A stretch of DNA of 64,000 bases from NCBI RefSeq assembly GCF_009914755.1, contig NC_060926.1; one strand, 5' to 3'. The stretch comes from the human T2T-CHM13v2.0 reference genome, Homo sapiens. Positions 1 through 14,885 of the stretch are shown piece by piece. Position 1 is the stretch's first letter. Each line of letters opens with the position of its first letter. A model generated the notes under the pieces. The model ran no database searches. It was not told where the DNA came from and was given only the letters and a program-made list of their open reading frames with translations. The position numbers and the translations under genes are program-made.

Positions 1-134
1 CACTGCACAGGTTCTCTAGAGAGTGTTGAGGTGCTATCACCAGAACGAGAATGCTATGGAACAATCTCTACCCCAGAACACACCTGCATGGTCATCATGG
101 TCATGTATTTGCAAACTTGGTTTCTCTCTCTCTC

Positions 135-439
135 TTTCTTTTTTTTTTTTTTTTTTGAGGTGAAGTTTTGCTTTTGTCACCCAGGCTGGAGTTCAGTGGC
201 ATAATCTTGGCTCACTGCAACCTCCGCCTCCCAGGTTCCAATGATTCTCCTGCCTCAGCCTCCTGAGTAGCTGGGATTACAGGTGCCTGCCACCACGCCT
301 GGCTAATTTTTGTATTTTTAGTAGAGACGGGGTTTCACCATGTTGGCCAGGATGGTCTCAAACTCCTGACCTCAGGTGATCCTCTTGCCTCAGCCTTCCA
401 AAGTGCTGGGATTATAGGAATGAGCCACTGCAGCCAGCC
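135..439 (-). mobile_element. Alu SINE, AluS-type, full length
   Basis: Poly-T at the left, then the reverse complement of an Alu dimer (cccaggctggagttcagtgg...aaagtgctgggattatagg); partial TSD tggtttc on both sides. Confidence 0.95.
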
Positions 440-490
440 TGGTTTCCCATCTAATTCTCTTTCTCCCGTGGAGGCAGGGATGAAGAAGAT

Positions 491-850
491 TATCTTAGTC
501 CAGGATGCTATTAGCCTGGATGGCTTGAATAACAAACATTTGCCTTTCATGACTCTGGAGCCTGGAAGTCCAAAATCAGGGTGCCAGAATGATTGGGTTT
601 TTGCTTACTGCCTTCTTACTAGCTATATTGTCACATGGCCCTTCCTTGGTGAGACAGAGAGAAAGAGAGAGAGAGAGATCTTGTGTCTCTTCCTCTTTCA
701 TAAGGACACAATCCTATCATGGTGCTCCATTCTCATGACCTAATCTGATCCTAATTAGCTCCCAAGGTCCCATCTCCAAGTACCATTACACTGGGGATTA
801 GAGCTTCAACATACGATTTGGGGAAGGACGCTAACCTACTGTCTACAACA
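491..850 (-). mobile_element. MaLR solo LTR, MLT1-type
   Basis: tcttagtcc...ctggagcctggaagtccaaaatcagggtgccag...gtctacaaca resembles an MLT1 LTR; 5-bp flanks aagat/aagct. Confidence 0.75.
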
Positions 851-1264
851 AAGCTCTACTCACTGAAATCACCTACATTTGCTTCTCCTAGAACTCATCT
901 TGCTGGGCATTGCTTCCACCTTCAATTTTTGTTACCAAACTGGAGCACTGTATCCAGGACCTGAAATCTGTGAACTCAAGGGTTTTTGGCTTTAGCCTCA
1001 GCCATTATTTTTCTATTGGTTGTATTCTGATATAATGTGACCCCAGATTCAGAAAGTAGGAAGACAAGTTCTTGCTTTGGGGGCTGAAATGCAAACTGAA
1101 GGTGAAGGAAGGACAATGAATGCTCAGTTGGCATTTCTTAGGTTTCAAGCAAAGAAGAAGAGATACAGGTGGGGAAGCAAGTGATGATGTAGCAACCAGA
1201 TTATGTAGTTGTTGATACTCACTGCTTTATTTCCCCCACTGGCCCTCCATAGCTTTACCAGAGT

Positions 1265-1403
1265 CTTCCCTAAACCTGGCTGGCAGCTGATTAGAAATGC
1301 CAAATTTCTAATGCCACTCCAGGCCTGCTGGATCAGAACCTACAATATATGACAAAGCTGGCGGGTCATTCACAACAACTTTACAGTTAGAGAAACACCG
1401 CTC
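1265..1403. mobile_element. MER5-like hAT-Charlie DNA transposon relic
   Basis: Recalled MER5 motifs (ttagaaatgc...ccaggcctgctggatcagaa...gttagagaaacaccg); boundaries approximate. Confidence 0.5.
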
Positions 1404-2373
1404 TGAAAGTCTGAGTGCCAGGTACTCTGTGGTTCAGGGTGTGGGGAGAGATTTGAGATCCTACACTTGGCTATAATGTTAATGGGACATAATTATTTAC
1501 TAAGCTCCTCCCACAAGCAAAGTGAATTTCAAGGAAGAAATGTTGGGCTTACATGAACGTCTCTTCTCTTTATGGAAAGTTACTTTTCATTGCTAATATT
1601 GGAAGACTTTTTTTTTGTAAGAAAGTTATATTTTCTTTCCTGTAGACCAAGGTTAGTTGTGACCTCACATACCTAAACTGCCAGTCTTGGTCATTAATTC
1701 ACACCCCAACTCTGCTTACAAACCGTTTATCCATCCCCTGCCCTGGTTTCTAACATGATTCTTTATTACCTGCTCAGCTAGCAGACTAAATTTATTCAAT
1801 TTTCTTTTCCTTTGGCACAATCAGCCAATCCCAATGTTGCAAACTAAAATCAAACCAGATGTGCTAAGAATTTTATTGACTATTTTATGTAACAAGCTGA
1901 ATGACCAGAAGGCTCAAACCAAATTAATTGAAAATTAAAGCAGAGAAGATTTAAGCCAGACACTATTTAAACAGGCTTAAAAGGTTAGCAAAGGAAAAGC
2001 ACATAATCAGTTTGTTTGAGTGATAAAATAAGAAGTTAAGCTGAATTGGGGAGAGAAAACTTGCCTCTTGAACTGTAGATTTATCTTCTAAATGAAGTAT
2101 CAGGTGTTTTAATGTTTTTGCAATTAAAAATGAACAAATATATAAATAAATATAAAAGCACTAACTGGGCCAACTTCTTGCATGTTACACTGAAAAATTA
2201 TCTGGTAGATTTGTAAAATTGAAAACAGAAGCTTTGGGAAGTAGTAAAAGAATCTGTGTCTGTGAACCAGAGTGCACTGGCTTCAAATTCCCACAGACCC
2301 TGTGCGTGTTACAACTCACCAGTCAAGCTGCACAACCCTGAGTTATGCTCCTTACCTGTGAATGGAAATAGTC

Positions 2374-2702
2374 CAGTGCCCCAACTTATCCAAGGGGAAT
2401 ATGTGCCAAGACCCCCATGGATGCATGAAAACTCAGATGAGACCAAACCCTATATATGTTTTTTTCCTAGACATACACACCTATAATAATGTTTAACTTC
2501 TAAATTAAGCACATCAAAATATTAACAATAATAACTAATAATAAAATAGGACGGTTATGACAATATACTGTAATAAAAGTTATGCAATGTGTTCTCTCTC
2601 TCTTAAAACGTCTTGCTGTACTGTACTAACCTATCTTTGGACTGCAGATACTGGGGGCAAACTAAAACCTAGGAAAGGAAAACTGGATGGGAGGGATGAC
2701 TG
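2374..2702 (+). mobile_element. MER2-like TcMar-Tigger DNA transposon
   Basis: cagtgccccaacttatcc...caagacccccatggatgcatgaaaactcagat...aaaccctatatat...gactg matches recalled MER2. Confidence 0.8.
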
Positions 2703-4606
2703 TGACAGCAACTCTAAAGGACCATTGTACAGATTAAATGTGAGTATTGATTTACAGAGCCTGACATATACTACAGATATTCAGTAAAGGAGAATAAGTA
2801 ATATTGAGGGTAAAATTGATAGAGGAGGCATGTCAGGAGTGAGATTGTTTGATGCCAGTGAACATTTATTTGACAAATCCACTTAAACTGAAAAAATAAA
2901 GTCACCTCTCTATTTTCATATTTGATCTTCAAAGCCAGCAGTTACAGTAGGATAGGTAGATAATTTCCCAACTTAATAAATATGGAGGGAATACAAACAG
3001 CAATGGGGTCCAATGATGATGTAAGGTCCCCAGCCATTCTGAGGCAGAGCTAGGGCTGAATCCCAGCTTCCCAATGACAAAAGTCTGGGGCCTTTAGCCA
3101 GAGCGGTGCCTCCCCTGAGGATATGCTACTACGCATGTGATGTCCCTTGCAGCTGTGTCCCAAGGCCCCTGCTGATGACCATGTTTCCCATCAAGATAGT
3201 TGAGACATGAAAGAGAAGGGCTCTGCATAGAATCAACAAAATATCGTCTCCACAAGGCAGGCGATCTTTTCTATTCCACGGATTTATCTGAAATACATAT
3301 TTATCCTAAGGGCATAACAGGAACAGTGTCTTGCCTGTACTAGGCATCGGGAATATTTGTTGGGTTAATCAGCAAGCATGTGCTTCCGTATAGCAATGGA
3401 AGGTGGCTAGCTTACACAGTCTGTCTGCTCTGGGCAATTTTCATCTTCACGAGGCCTGAATCTCTTACCTTTTTTTTTTTTTTATGAGCATTAAGTTCAG
3501 GGAGATGGAGTGGTTCTCAAATGTTAGTTTATGCATAAGAATCTCCCAGGGTGTTTATTGTAACTGCAGATTTCTATTCCTAGCATCAGAAACTAAGTCA
3601 GCTGATTGAGGTGGTTCCTGGAACCCTGTGTTGACATTAATGCTGGCATATTGGGGCAATGCATTGCGGTCCCTGATGTAGATTGTAGGTGGAAGTGTGG
3701 GCTGTGTGTCTGTGTTTTTGTGAGTGGAAAAGGAGGGAGGAGGAAGGTGTTAAGTGAGAAAGAAAAGATTTGAATGAGTGGAACTTCCTACTTAGTGGGT
3801 TGGTAAACTCTTTCCCCTCTATTAATAATAACTTTTATCTCCACCTCCCTTCTGAAGGAAAGGTCGGGATTGGCTAGAATCGTAACTTCCCATTACAGTT
3901 TAATTTCCTTCCTTCCTCTAATGCCCCCTTTCCCGTGCCCAAGCCCTCCCTTAACAAACCCTCGGAGAGAGCAAGAAAAGAAAACAGGCCTCCTCAATTT
4001 CCCTAATGATTCTTTTGAAAAGCCTTTTTTTTTTTAAATTTGTATTTTTAGATCTCTTCAAACAATGTTCCTATTAGAAGGTTGTCAAAGGCCCCGTGGG
4101 ATTTATGGAAATTTTCATTAAGAAAAATAGGGAATAATTTCAAGGACAGTGTCTAATGTCATAAAAATGGCTATTTTTAAAGTTATGGATAAGTAGAAGA
4201 AGCTTCCTTACCTCATGAACCGCACTTGCAGTGGGAGCTTGAGGCTGGCAGGTGGCAGAGGGAGACCCACATAGGTTTAAGCCCAGCGCTCAGCAGCCCC
4301 AGGGCCTTGTGCAAGTGCCTAACCATGCTGAGTTTAATGCCAGTCCTCGACACTTTCATGACTGTTTTTCTTTAAATTTAGATGAAAATGAGACAGTCTC
4401 TGTAAATAAAACTCAGTATATATTCCTGGTAGTGAGAGAAGCACTCCAGTACTATTGGGTTCCTTACTCTGATACTGCAAGACAACTTCAAGTCTTCTCA
4501 CGTCTTCCTAAGAATCCCTTCAGATGAGCTTCTTTGCTTCATTTTTTTCTTAGATTGTATCTTTTTTCTAGACTATTTCTAATAACCTATCATTTTTTTC
4601 CCTGCC

Positions 4607-5064
4607 TGTATTAATCCACTAGGATTGCCATAACAGAATACCATAGACTGGGTGGCTTAAACAATAGAAATTTATATTCTTACAATTCTGGAAGCTGGAA
4701 TGTCCAAGATCAAGGTGATGGCTGGTTTGGTTTCGAGTGAGGCCTCTCTTTCTAGCTTGCAGACGGCCGCCTTCTCATGGAGTCCTCACATAGCCTTTCC
4801 TCAGTGCATGTCCTTGGATGGAGGAAGGAAAGAAAAGAATAGGGGGAAAGAGAGGGAGAGAGGAGTGTGGGGAGAAAGCGAGAAAGAAGGAAAGAAAGAT
4901 TTTTTGTCTTTTTACAAGGACACCAATCCTACTAGGTCTCCACCCTTAATTACTTCCTAAAAGTCCTTTCTCCAAATATGTTCACATTGGGGGCTAAGGT
5001 TTCCATTCAATTTGAAGCTCAAATTTCCTATGAATTTTGGGTACACATGATTCAGTCCATAGCA
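4607..5064 (-). mobile_element. MaLR solo LTR, MLT1-type
   Basis: TG...CA termini, perfect 5-bp TSD ctgcc (4602-4606 and 5065-5069), and the motif ctgggtggcttaaacaatagaaattta...tccaagatcaagg. Confidence 0.85.
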
Positions 5065-5748
5065 CTGCCTAACTGCAGTCCTTAGGTTCTCTAATTTTCT
5101 AATGCTCCCATAGGAGGAAGTAAATCATTTGTACAAGTCACCTGACGGTCACGTGTATTCACTCAGTGAAACTTTGCTAATAGCTGTCTATATGATGAAC
5201 TCTATACTAGGCTCTGGTTTGCCCAAATTAGTAAAACATGATCTCTGCCCTTCTGGAATCTAACTGGGAGAGGCAGACACTTAAAAAAATTAGAGCAATA
5301 GCATATTACAGATATGATCATACAAACTGGCTCATGGTACTGCAGGGTACAAAGGAAGGGATCATCACTTATGACTGGAAATGAAGATTCCAGGGAATCG
5401 TGAAATAATGGTAGAATGTGATGTGGAAAGGAAACAGAAGGCAAGAAACAGCCTGGAACAGCAAAGGTAATAAACAAACTCCAGACAACTCAAAGGCTCT
5501 AGAAGCTGAATGGAAGTAGGTGACCCAGTGTGAGCCATAAAACCAGCATTTCATATGGGGGCTCCTTAGTGGAAGAACTGATAGCTTGCTGAAGAGCAAA
5601 TTCTTTGTCCTTCAAGGCATTAAGTGTATTTTAACAATAAAGTAAAGTGTTTGAAATAAATATTAGGTTAGAGATATATGGGATTGAGTCAAAAGTGAGT
5701 TTTGCAAGTGAGTAAGTCTTTAGCAGAATTCTTAGTGATGAGTTATTT

Positions 5749-6417
<669 letters not shown>

Positions 6418-8398
6418 GTGATCAGTTCTTTCATCGGGGCTATTGAATGAATAGGATTCAGCTCTGGGCTCTGAATAGACTGGAAATTACTGTGTGTGCA
6501 TTTTAACAATGTATCGAGAACATTTATCATGTTTCTCACTTAACCCTGTGCCATCATCGATATGTAACAGTCACTCAGGCTTGCACATTCAATTCGTACC
6601 AAAAATAGTCTATGAGGTAACTACTCTCGATTATTATACGATTAATCACCAGTCAGGAGTGGTTAGATTTGTTTTGTTTTGTTTCGTTTTGTTTTGTTTT
6701 TTCTGTTACATTTAGGCATCCAATCATTAAATGTATTTGTAACAGAAAAGGCAAAACTTCTAGAATCTCTGTTACTGCAATAGGAACTTGTTCAAGGCAT
6801 AGTCCCTAAATTTTAGGATCATTTGACACTGAACTGTTACATCAGACCCACCCAAGAAAGGTGTGAACAGTAGCCAACAGAAAATCAAGCTGCAGGCACT
6901 ATTTTTGTTCACAGAATTGCCTAGAAACTCAAAATTCAGCTTCTGCTCTCACATACCTCTTTCTTTTTCTGTCTTAACATACATTTCTATTTGTCTCTTG
7001 ACCTAAAAACAAGAAAGGAAAAAAAATCTAGCTGTGGCTGTGTCCTCACACCCCTTCCACCCGTGGTAACTGTCTAGAATTTAGATTGTGCCATTGTCTG
7101 GATCATGCCATCATGTCTTTGTGGCTAATTGAGGATACAGCATACACCCTAGGCAGGCCAGCCCATGGAGAGTAATGTGGAATCCAATAAAACCACAGGG
7201 CAGGCAGGGGGAGTGATGGTGCGAGGGATACCAGAAACCTTTAATCCAGATCATTCCTGTTTTCCATTCAATTGGTGGTGGTTTGCCTAGGACCCCAAAA
7301 CTGTACTTGCAGATGAACTTACTACTTTTCTTCCTAATGGCATCTTCAGACTTAGAACTAAATCTCAGACTTCAGTTGCTTCCCTTAATAACTGAAAATA
7401 TACTGCATTATATTCCTTGTCCTTCAAAGTAGCTTTTGATGTGTTGGCCCAACGGGTCTTTTCAGAAATACCGTGCGTGGATGATTTGTAGTAAAACTGA
7501 GATGCTGTATATTTTCCAAGTACCAGATTCACAAGGAATAATGCGATAATGATGCCTTGTTTTCTCAAGCTTTCAGACGTGCCGGCCTAGAGCTGGCAAC
7601 ATGCAATCTCGTACTACTTCATCTGAATTACTGAAATGGGAGACTTCTGTCTGCATTCTATTACTGATTTCCGTGTTTCACAACCTGCAGTTTCCTAGTC
7701 TTCAGGGGTAAAGGAAACATAGCTCAAATTCAAAAGTGCCTTGCCAAAGCCAGTAAGAAAAGCTATTTCTCCTTGATTTGCAGCGACTCATTTGAATCTC
7801 CGTAGTGGGCCCTGAGAGACCCATATTTTGTCTTTGGGAGCAGGCGCAACACAGAGTTGATTCATGATTTTAGCTGAGGGGACACATTGAGGCACCAATT
7901 GACTAAATTATTTTCATGTGGATAATGGATTTAGGGCCTTCACTTGATTATGTCTGACTTCTCCCAGTCTAAGCTCAGGATTCCCATCTTGATTATTTTA
8001 AATTAATAATATTTATGAGTTTGTTTGTTTTCGTTTAGAAATATAATGCATGCTTATTTTATACAATACAAAATATATGAAAAAGAAAATAAAAATCTCT
8101 AATAATCTCATCATTTTTACCCAGGCATTTCAAAAGCCACCTATGTATGTATTTATCCAACTATCAGTTCATCTATTCATCCATCCATCCACTCCTGCAT
8201 ATCCTACTTTACGAATGTATTTGACAGCTTATTTTATATTATGAGCATGTTCTTATCTAATAAAATATCATTAATTACATGGTCTTAGTGTCGGTTGCAA
8301 TTTTTGTTTCAAAATTTCTTTTAATATTAAGGGAAATTTAACTGAATGTGTATATAGTATATGCATAAGTATATAATGCATACATCAAACAAACAAGC

Positions 8399-8675
8399 CT
8401 TTTTTTTTTTTGATGGGGTGTTGCTCTGTTGCTCAGGCTAGAGTGCAGTGGTATAATCACAGCTCACTGCACCCTTGAAGTCCTGGGCTCAAGCCTCCCT
8501 AGTAGCTGAGACTCCAGGCACATGCCACCATGCCTGGCTAATCTTTTTAACTGTTGTAGAGACAGTCTTTCTATGTTACTCAGACTGGTTCTGAACTCCT
8601 AGCCTCAAGTGGTCCTCCTGTCAAGGCCTTCCAAAGTGCTGAGGTTACAGGGCATGAGCCACCACGCTGAGCCCC
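8399..8675 (-). mobile_element. AluJ-type element, diverged
   Basis: Poly-T followed by a degenerate Alu dimer with the J-type motif atcacagctcactgca...cctgggctcaag. Confidence 0.88.
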
Positions 8676-9149
8676 TAATACGCCTTTCTGTCTGGTCAGT
8701 CAGTTTTGGATACTACTTAGCCTATGCTATCCTTCCTCCATCAGAGGAAAACTTGATTATATAATATGTAAAATTTGAAGGCTAAAAGGGAGCTCAGAGA
8801 CCATCTGGCCCTGTGGTTTTCAAATCTCAAGGGTTCCAAGGAGGTGCCTCAGGGTTTGCTTTGGGCCAAGGTAGAAGCAAGCAGAACAAGGCTTCTGCTC
8901 GGCTATCACTGGAGCTGCTCCACTTCTCTGTTTTATAAATAGTGTCAGGTTTCATAAGATGATGTATTTTTAATGTAATTTAATTTAATGTTTAGTATAA
9001 ACGTTTTGCTGCTTTTAAAAAAATACTTGAAAGCTGTTGATCTTGTTCAACTTCTTTCTCAAGGTGGTCGCCCCTCCTACAGCAAGCCTGACAGGTGGCT
9101 CTGAGAAGCTACTTTATCTCCCCCAGGGATTCTTGGCTCCGCATGAAAG

Positions 9150-9580
9150 TACAAACCCTGAGCTGCAAGGGGATCCTGCATAGCTTGAAAAAAATCTACC
9201 CCTCATGGCAGTGATTACCACTTTAGGAATTTAGGTATATAGTCTCTTTTGGGTCTAATGCATATGCAGCATGAGAAAAAAAATTTCTAGGAGTTTCTGG
9301 GAAAGAAAGTTCTTCATTCTCATCTTGAACAGAAAAGATGGCTCTCCTTCCTACCTGCTGATGTAAGTCCTGATATAACTACTGCAACTCCCGATACCAG
9401 CCTGAGGATGGACCATATACAGAGGAAGCCAGAGCTAAGAGAACTACAGAGACATAGATGCAGACTCCAACAGAACCTCAACTACTTACCGCCCTTGACC
9501 CCACCTTCAACTCTCAACTGAGTTGGTTTTATTGCCATAATTATTTGGGCCAGCAGGAGTTGGGGATTCTGCTGTACATC
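9150..9580 (+). mobile_element. Old MLT1 (J/K/L-like) LTR relic
   Basis: Motifs ttctgggaaaga, ccagcctgaggatgg, gccagagctaagaga; highly diverged, boundaries approximate. Confidence 0.4.
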
Positions 9581-9936
9581 CACTAATGAATGTAAGATGT
9601 GATCTTCACCATGCCTGCAGACCACACTTTCCTGGAAAGGGTTAGTAGCCCTGGAGTGGGTTAGTAACCTGCTGGGTGTTACAAAAGAGAACTAGCCTGG
9701 GGTCGGAGGACCTGAATATGATTCCAAGCGAAACCAGATAAATTTTCTTCCTGTGAAGTTGCCTAATATCTCTTTAACTCAATTAGCACATGAGTGAATT
9801 GGTGATAAATATCTATAATACATAAGTCACAGGACTGTTAAAAGGTTCACACTGAAGCATGTTATGTATTATACAAAATGTAAGGAGGCTGTCTCATATT
9901 TGTGATATCTGCAGTGTGCTAAGAATGGCTCTCACA

Positions 9937-10312
<376 letters not shown>

Positions 10313-10362
10313 CTAAAAACTTGACTTTCATGGTCACACACAAAAAAAACTGTATGAGGTAG

Positions 10363-10720
10363 GTACAGCTACTCAATTTTATATCTGAAACTCAGATGTT
10401 CTTTAGAATCCCGAATGATCTGGGTTTTAGAAAGGTTATGTTGAGCATGCAGTGGGTGCTATGCAGCAACATCTGCTTAGTCTGGGCAGCACGCCATTAT
10501 TCACACATAAATATTTCTGCTGAAGAATATGTGGCTATTTACACCGGGTGGCTTCAACTAAGACCATAAAAACCTCACATGACTTCAGGGCAGACTTACC
10601 TTTAGATTAAGTTCAGGTCAGATTTGACAACCCAATGAATTAATAATAATACTAATAGTAATGATGATAACAGTAATAATTTTCAAACATTTTTGAAAAT
10701 TGGAACTATAAACTGTGCTG
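10363..10720. mobile_element. Old Tigger-type DNA transposon relic within a MIR
   Basis: Recalled similarity (ttttagaaagg...tctgggcagcac...aatatttctgc); MIR-like sequence on both sides. Confidence 0.4.
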
Positions 10721-13041
10721 TTTTATCCAATGTTACCAATACAAAAACTAAAGCATGCAAAGTTTAAGCAAATTTTCACGTCACTCAGCTTTTAAGTAGA
10801 AAAGCTAAGACTGAATGCAAGCTGTCTCAGGAGCCTGAGACAGACCACTTTGCTTGCCACTTTGCTCGCCAGTGCTCACAAAGGCTGCCTGCCCATCTAG
10901 GCCCTGTCCAACCCAACAGTTAATGGAGCCATCTACATTATCTTTCTCAAAGGGCATTTAGAACATCAAACCATGTATTCCAAATCTCAGAATTTTTTTT
11001 TTTCTGGAGGGAAAACAAATACACTTTTTCTGCTTTAATAATTCTGTATAACATATTATTTGGTCTAAAGAGAAGTTACTAATAGGCAATTATTAAAGTC
11101 TAAGAGCCAGTTGAGATATCCAAGTACAGTTGCCCAATTGCAGATCACTGAGGACACTGATTTAAAATACACATACACATATATTCAAATTCACAAACAG
11201 ACACACACCATACACACGTAGGTGCACCCTTAAAGTAATGGAACATGTGTGTGTGTGTGTGATACACATTATTATATTCCAGAACTTTTGCTAGAGATGT
11301 GAAGCCAGCAGTATGCTAGACACAGATAAGCAGAGACAGCACACACTCCTTTTTTGTTTCTTTAAAAATTGCAGTGTGAGTGATAAGATCTGGGGTTGAA
11401 GTGTTTGTGAGGCTTCATAGGGGAAATGTAAAGGAAGTAAGTGCTTCCCAAAAGATGCAAAAGTGCAGCAAGACTGGGACGATGAGCTGAGACTGCACTG
11501 GAGGCAGTGGAGGAGAGGAAAGGAGTTGCAGTCAGCGGCCACAGCACACACCAGTGGGTCCTGGTTCAGTATTGCTTGGCCCCAAAACTACAGGCAGAGC
11601 ATTTGACAGGGATGAGATCACAGGGCGAAGCAAACAGGGGCAAGTCACGCAGGCCTCTTTTGCTATGTAGAAGAGCTGAATTTTTTAAAAACATTAACAT
11701 CTAAACCTTAAGTAGTGTTAAGCTAGAAACTGCTGTTAAAATATACCTTCAATTCAAACAGAATATATATTTTAACCACTCATTTTTATAAGGCCTAGTG
11801 TTAAATTATGGCTTGAATAATCAGTAATTCTTCAAAGTATGGATGAATCTGTCTCACATTTCAGGTACAGTGCAGAGACTTGTGATCAGGAAATAATGAG
11901 ATAATTATATTACTTTTTGCTCCACAGTCAGGCTTTATCATTTTTAAGGAATGTCTAAAATTCTATTAAGTGTAATTGTTGAAGCTATTAATAAACCAAG
12001 GGAAGAGTTTGAAAAACAGCACTTAGAGTTTCCCTTTAGTTTCAGATCATGTCTGAGAATAGAAAAAGAATCTGTATAAAATCCTGGGGCAGAATATTTT
12101 GCAATATTTTAGCTCAATCCAATGTTAATCCTGGCTACACAGCCTCTCTGTTCCCTAAGCCAGAAACCCCAAAATCTCCTTCCCCCTCCTCTCCTACCTC
12201 CCACTTCCAATCAGTCTTCCATCTCTATCTCCTAAATATGCCTCCCTCTATTTCTCTCCAGTCCCCCTGCCCACACCATCATTACAGCACCTACTGGGTC
12301 CTTGTGTTGTCATCAAAGCTCAACTCTCCAGGCAGTCTTCCTACATCCTCTCCTCTAGTTGGGTAGAACTGGTAACTCCCCTCTTTTGCGAAATACCCAA
12401 ACCTCCTGGGATAGTTTTTAGCCTTTTCCACTGGGTATCTGTCTCCCTTCCTGCTCTAGCTCTGGCCTACCCTACCTGTTGAGAGGAAGGATGGTGCTAC
12501 ACTCCGTTTTCCTCTCTGCACTTGGCATGCTGCCAACACATTCACTTGTTGAGTGAATGACAAGATACCTATAAAGGTTCTCTTGCCCAGTTATTTCATT
12601 CCTTCATTTCTGTAAGTGGCTTTTCCTATTAATTAACATGCTCATTAATACATAAGTCCAAAGCAGATGGCAGTTCTTCACTTTTGGGATTTTCAGCACA
12701 TTGATATGATAAGTGGCAAAAAAAAAATGTATGTAAACAACTCATTCTCCATGATATTAATGAAGGGTCTCTCATTCCCTGTTAAAGGTATCAAAGACTA
12801 TTTTGTATCAGGATTCTGCCTTCTGGTCACATGAAGAAAAGCTAAACCTCAAACTGGCACAGTTGAAAATAAGTACCTGATTTTGTATTTCAGTGTAGAC
12901 TGGGGTATATTTGACTCTTTTCCAGACTAATGTTATTGATTTTGATCATGTGTTTGGTGTGTGTTTGTGTTGTCATAGACTCCTTTTAGAAATTATGCAG
13001 TCATTTTTATTTTCCACATTACTCATCTCCATTCTCGAGGT

Positions 13042-13251
13042 CAGGGTTTCTCAGCCTCAGCATGGTTGACATTTTGAGCCAGATAATTCTTCGTGGGGGC
13101 AAGCTGGTATATTGCAGGACATTTCACAGCATCACTAGCCTCTACCCACTAGATGCCAGTAGCACCTTTCCCCTATACTGTGACAATCAAAAATATTCAG
13201 AAAGGAAGGGGGTTGGGAAGGTGGCAAAATTGCCTCAAGTGAAAACCACTG
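13042..13251 (+). mobile_element. MER20 hAT-Charlie DNA transposon
   Basis: TIRs cagggtttctca / tgaaaaccactg, internal ctctacccactagatgccagtagcacc, 8-bp TSD ctcgaggt/ctctaggt. Confidence 0.88.
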
Positions 13252-13339
13252 CTCTAGGTGGCCAGTGCAACGTGATGGCTATGTTTTTATAACTCCTTCC
13301 ACAGCTTTATAACTATATATTAAAAGGCATGCATAGAAT

Positions 13340-13835
13340 TTTTTGTTATTCTTTGTTTATAAATTAAGATTGTATCCCTTCTCTACTTCCTCCAAGTCAA
13401 TAGATATGATACCAACTGATTCTGTTTTAATGTCCACAAAATCTTCCACGGTACAGGTATGTTACAGTCTTTTTAGCCAACGCTCCCTGTGTGAACACCC
13501 ACTCTGATTCCATTTACGTCGTAACATACAATTCCACAACAAGCACCTTTACAGTTATATCCATTTATGCTGCCTCATTTATTTCTATAGCCTACCTTCC
13601 CTGCAGTGAGATTTCTACACTGTTAAGCATGTGGATATTTAATGGAAACAGATGTTGATAGATTGCTTTCCTCAAAGGCTGTCACAATAGAAATTTTCTC
13701 CAGCAATGTATGAGAGCACCTGCCCACCAGCACTCATTGTCAAGGTTCTACTTTTTAATAGATCTGGAGTGATATCCCATTGTCACTGTAATTTGCATTT
13801 CCCTGACTAATAGTAATATTGAAGAACTTGTTGAA
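13340..13835 (-). mobile_element. Old L1M 3' fragment
   Basis: Motifs ccagcaatgtatgagag and tttgcatttccctgactaatagt; boundaries approximate. Confidence 0.55.
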
Positions 13836-14577
13836 TAAAGTGTCTAACTGAAATAGTGTGACCTCAGACATCTGCAAGGCCCCAAGTCCCGCATTTACTG
13901 CCCACTTCTGATTTCTGGAGCAGCTGCCACAGCCACTGACATGCAAGCTCAGACTCACCTGACCTCACATGCTCTAAAATTACGCTGTATGTTGTAAACC
14001 TTTAACCCCTTCATCAAACAAGCTTTCTGTGCACCAAAAGAAGGAAAAAAGCATAAAGATTCAAGAACCTTATTTGGCAGCATTCAAGGAAAAAAAAAAT
14101 ACTTTCCTCATAATTAAATTGTCTGTATTTAATTATTTAAAGTATTTTCACATTTTATGTGAAGTATTTCTCACATTTTATGTGTGTGGGTATTTGTGTG
14201 TTGAGCCTGTGTGTGTGTGTGTGACCCCTCCAAACAGAAAATGTGAGACATGTTCACTGGTGGACCGTGCATTTCTGATGCCAAATTAAGTATTCTCTGT
14301 TTTTAGGAATGCGTCACAATGGGAAAAGAGATCAATTGTAAAATGAATAGCTGCTGGGTTGAGTTTAAGGGAAGATGGAATGCTCTGTGAGGGAGAATGG
14401 AGTCGCTATGTTCCAGGGCTATGATAAGCAGTCATTCTGGAGATCTTGTAAAGTCTTTCAAGCAGCAACTGCAGCATAGCTCCACAGAGGATGAGCTGAA
14501 GGAAACAAGCTTACCCCATTGTAAGGATGCAGAGGAAATTCAGTGCTGGAGCTAAAAATAAAGAAAAGGATTAGAAT

Positions 14578-14885
<308 letters not shown>

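Noticed and set aside
7365-7568. 67-aa ORF with a signal-peptide-like N-terminus
   Set aside because: Non-ATG start (TTG), short, and no recognisable homology.
13950-13985. Minus-strand CAG|GTGAGT donor with a possible 15-nt microexon
   Set aside because: The upstream acceptor lacks a pyrimidine tract; isolated donors are expected by chance.
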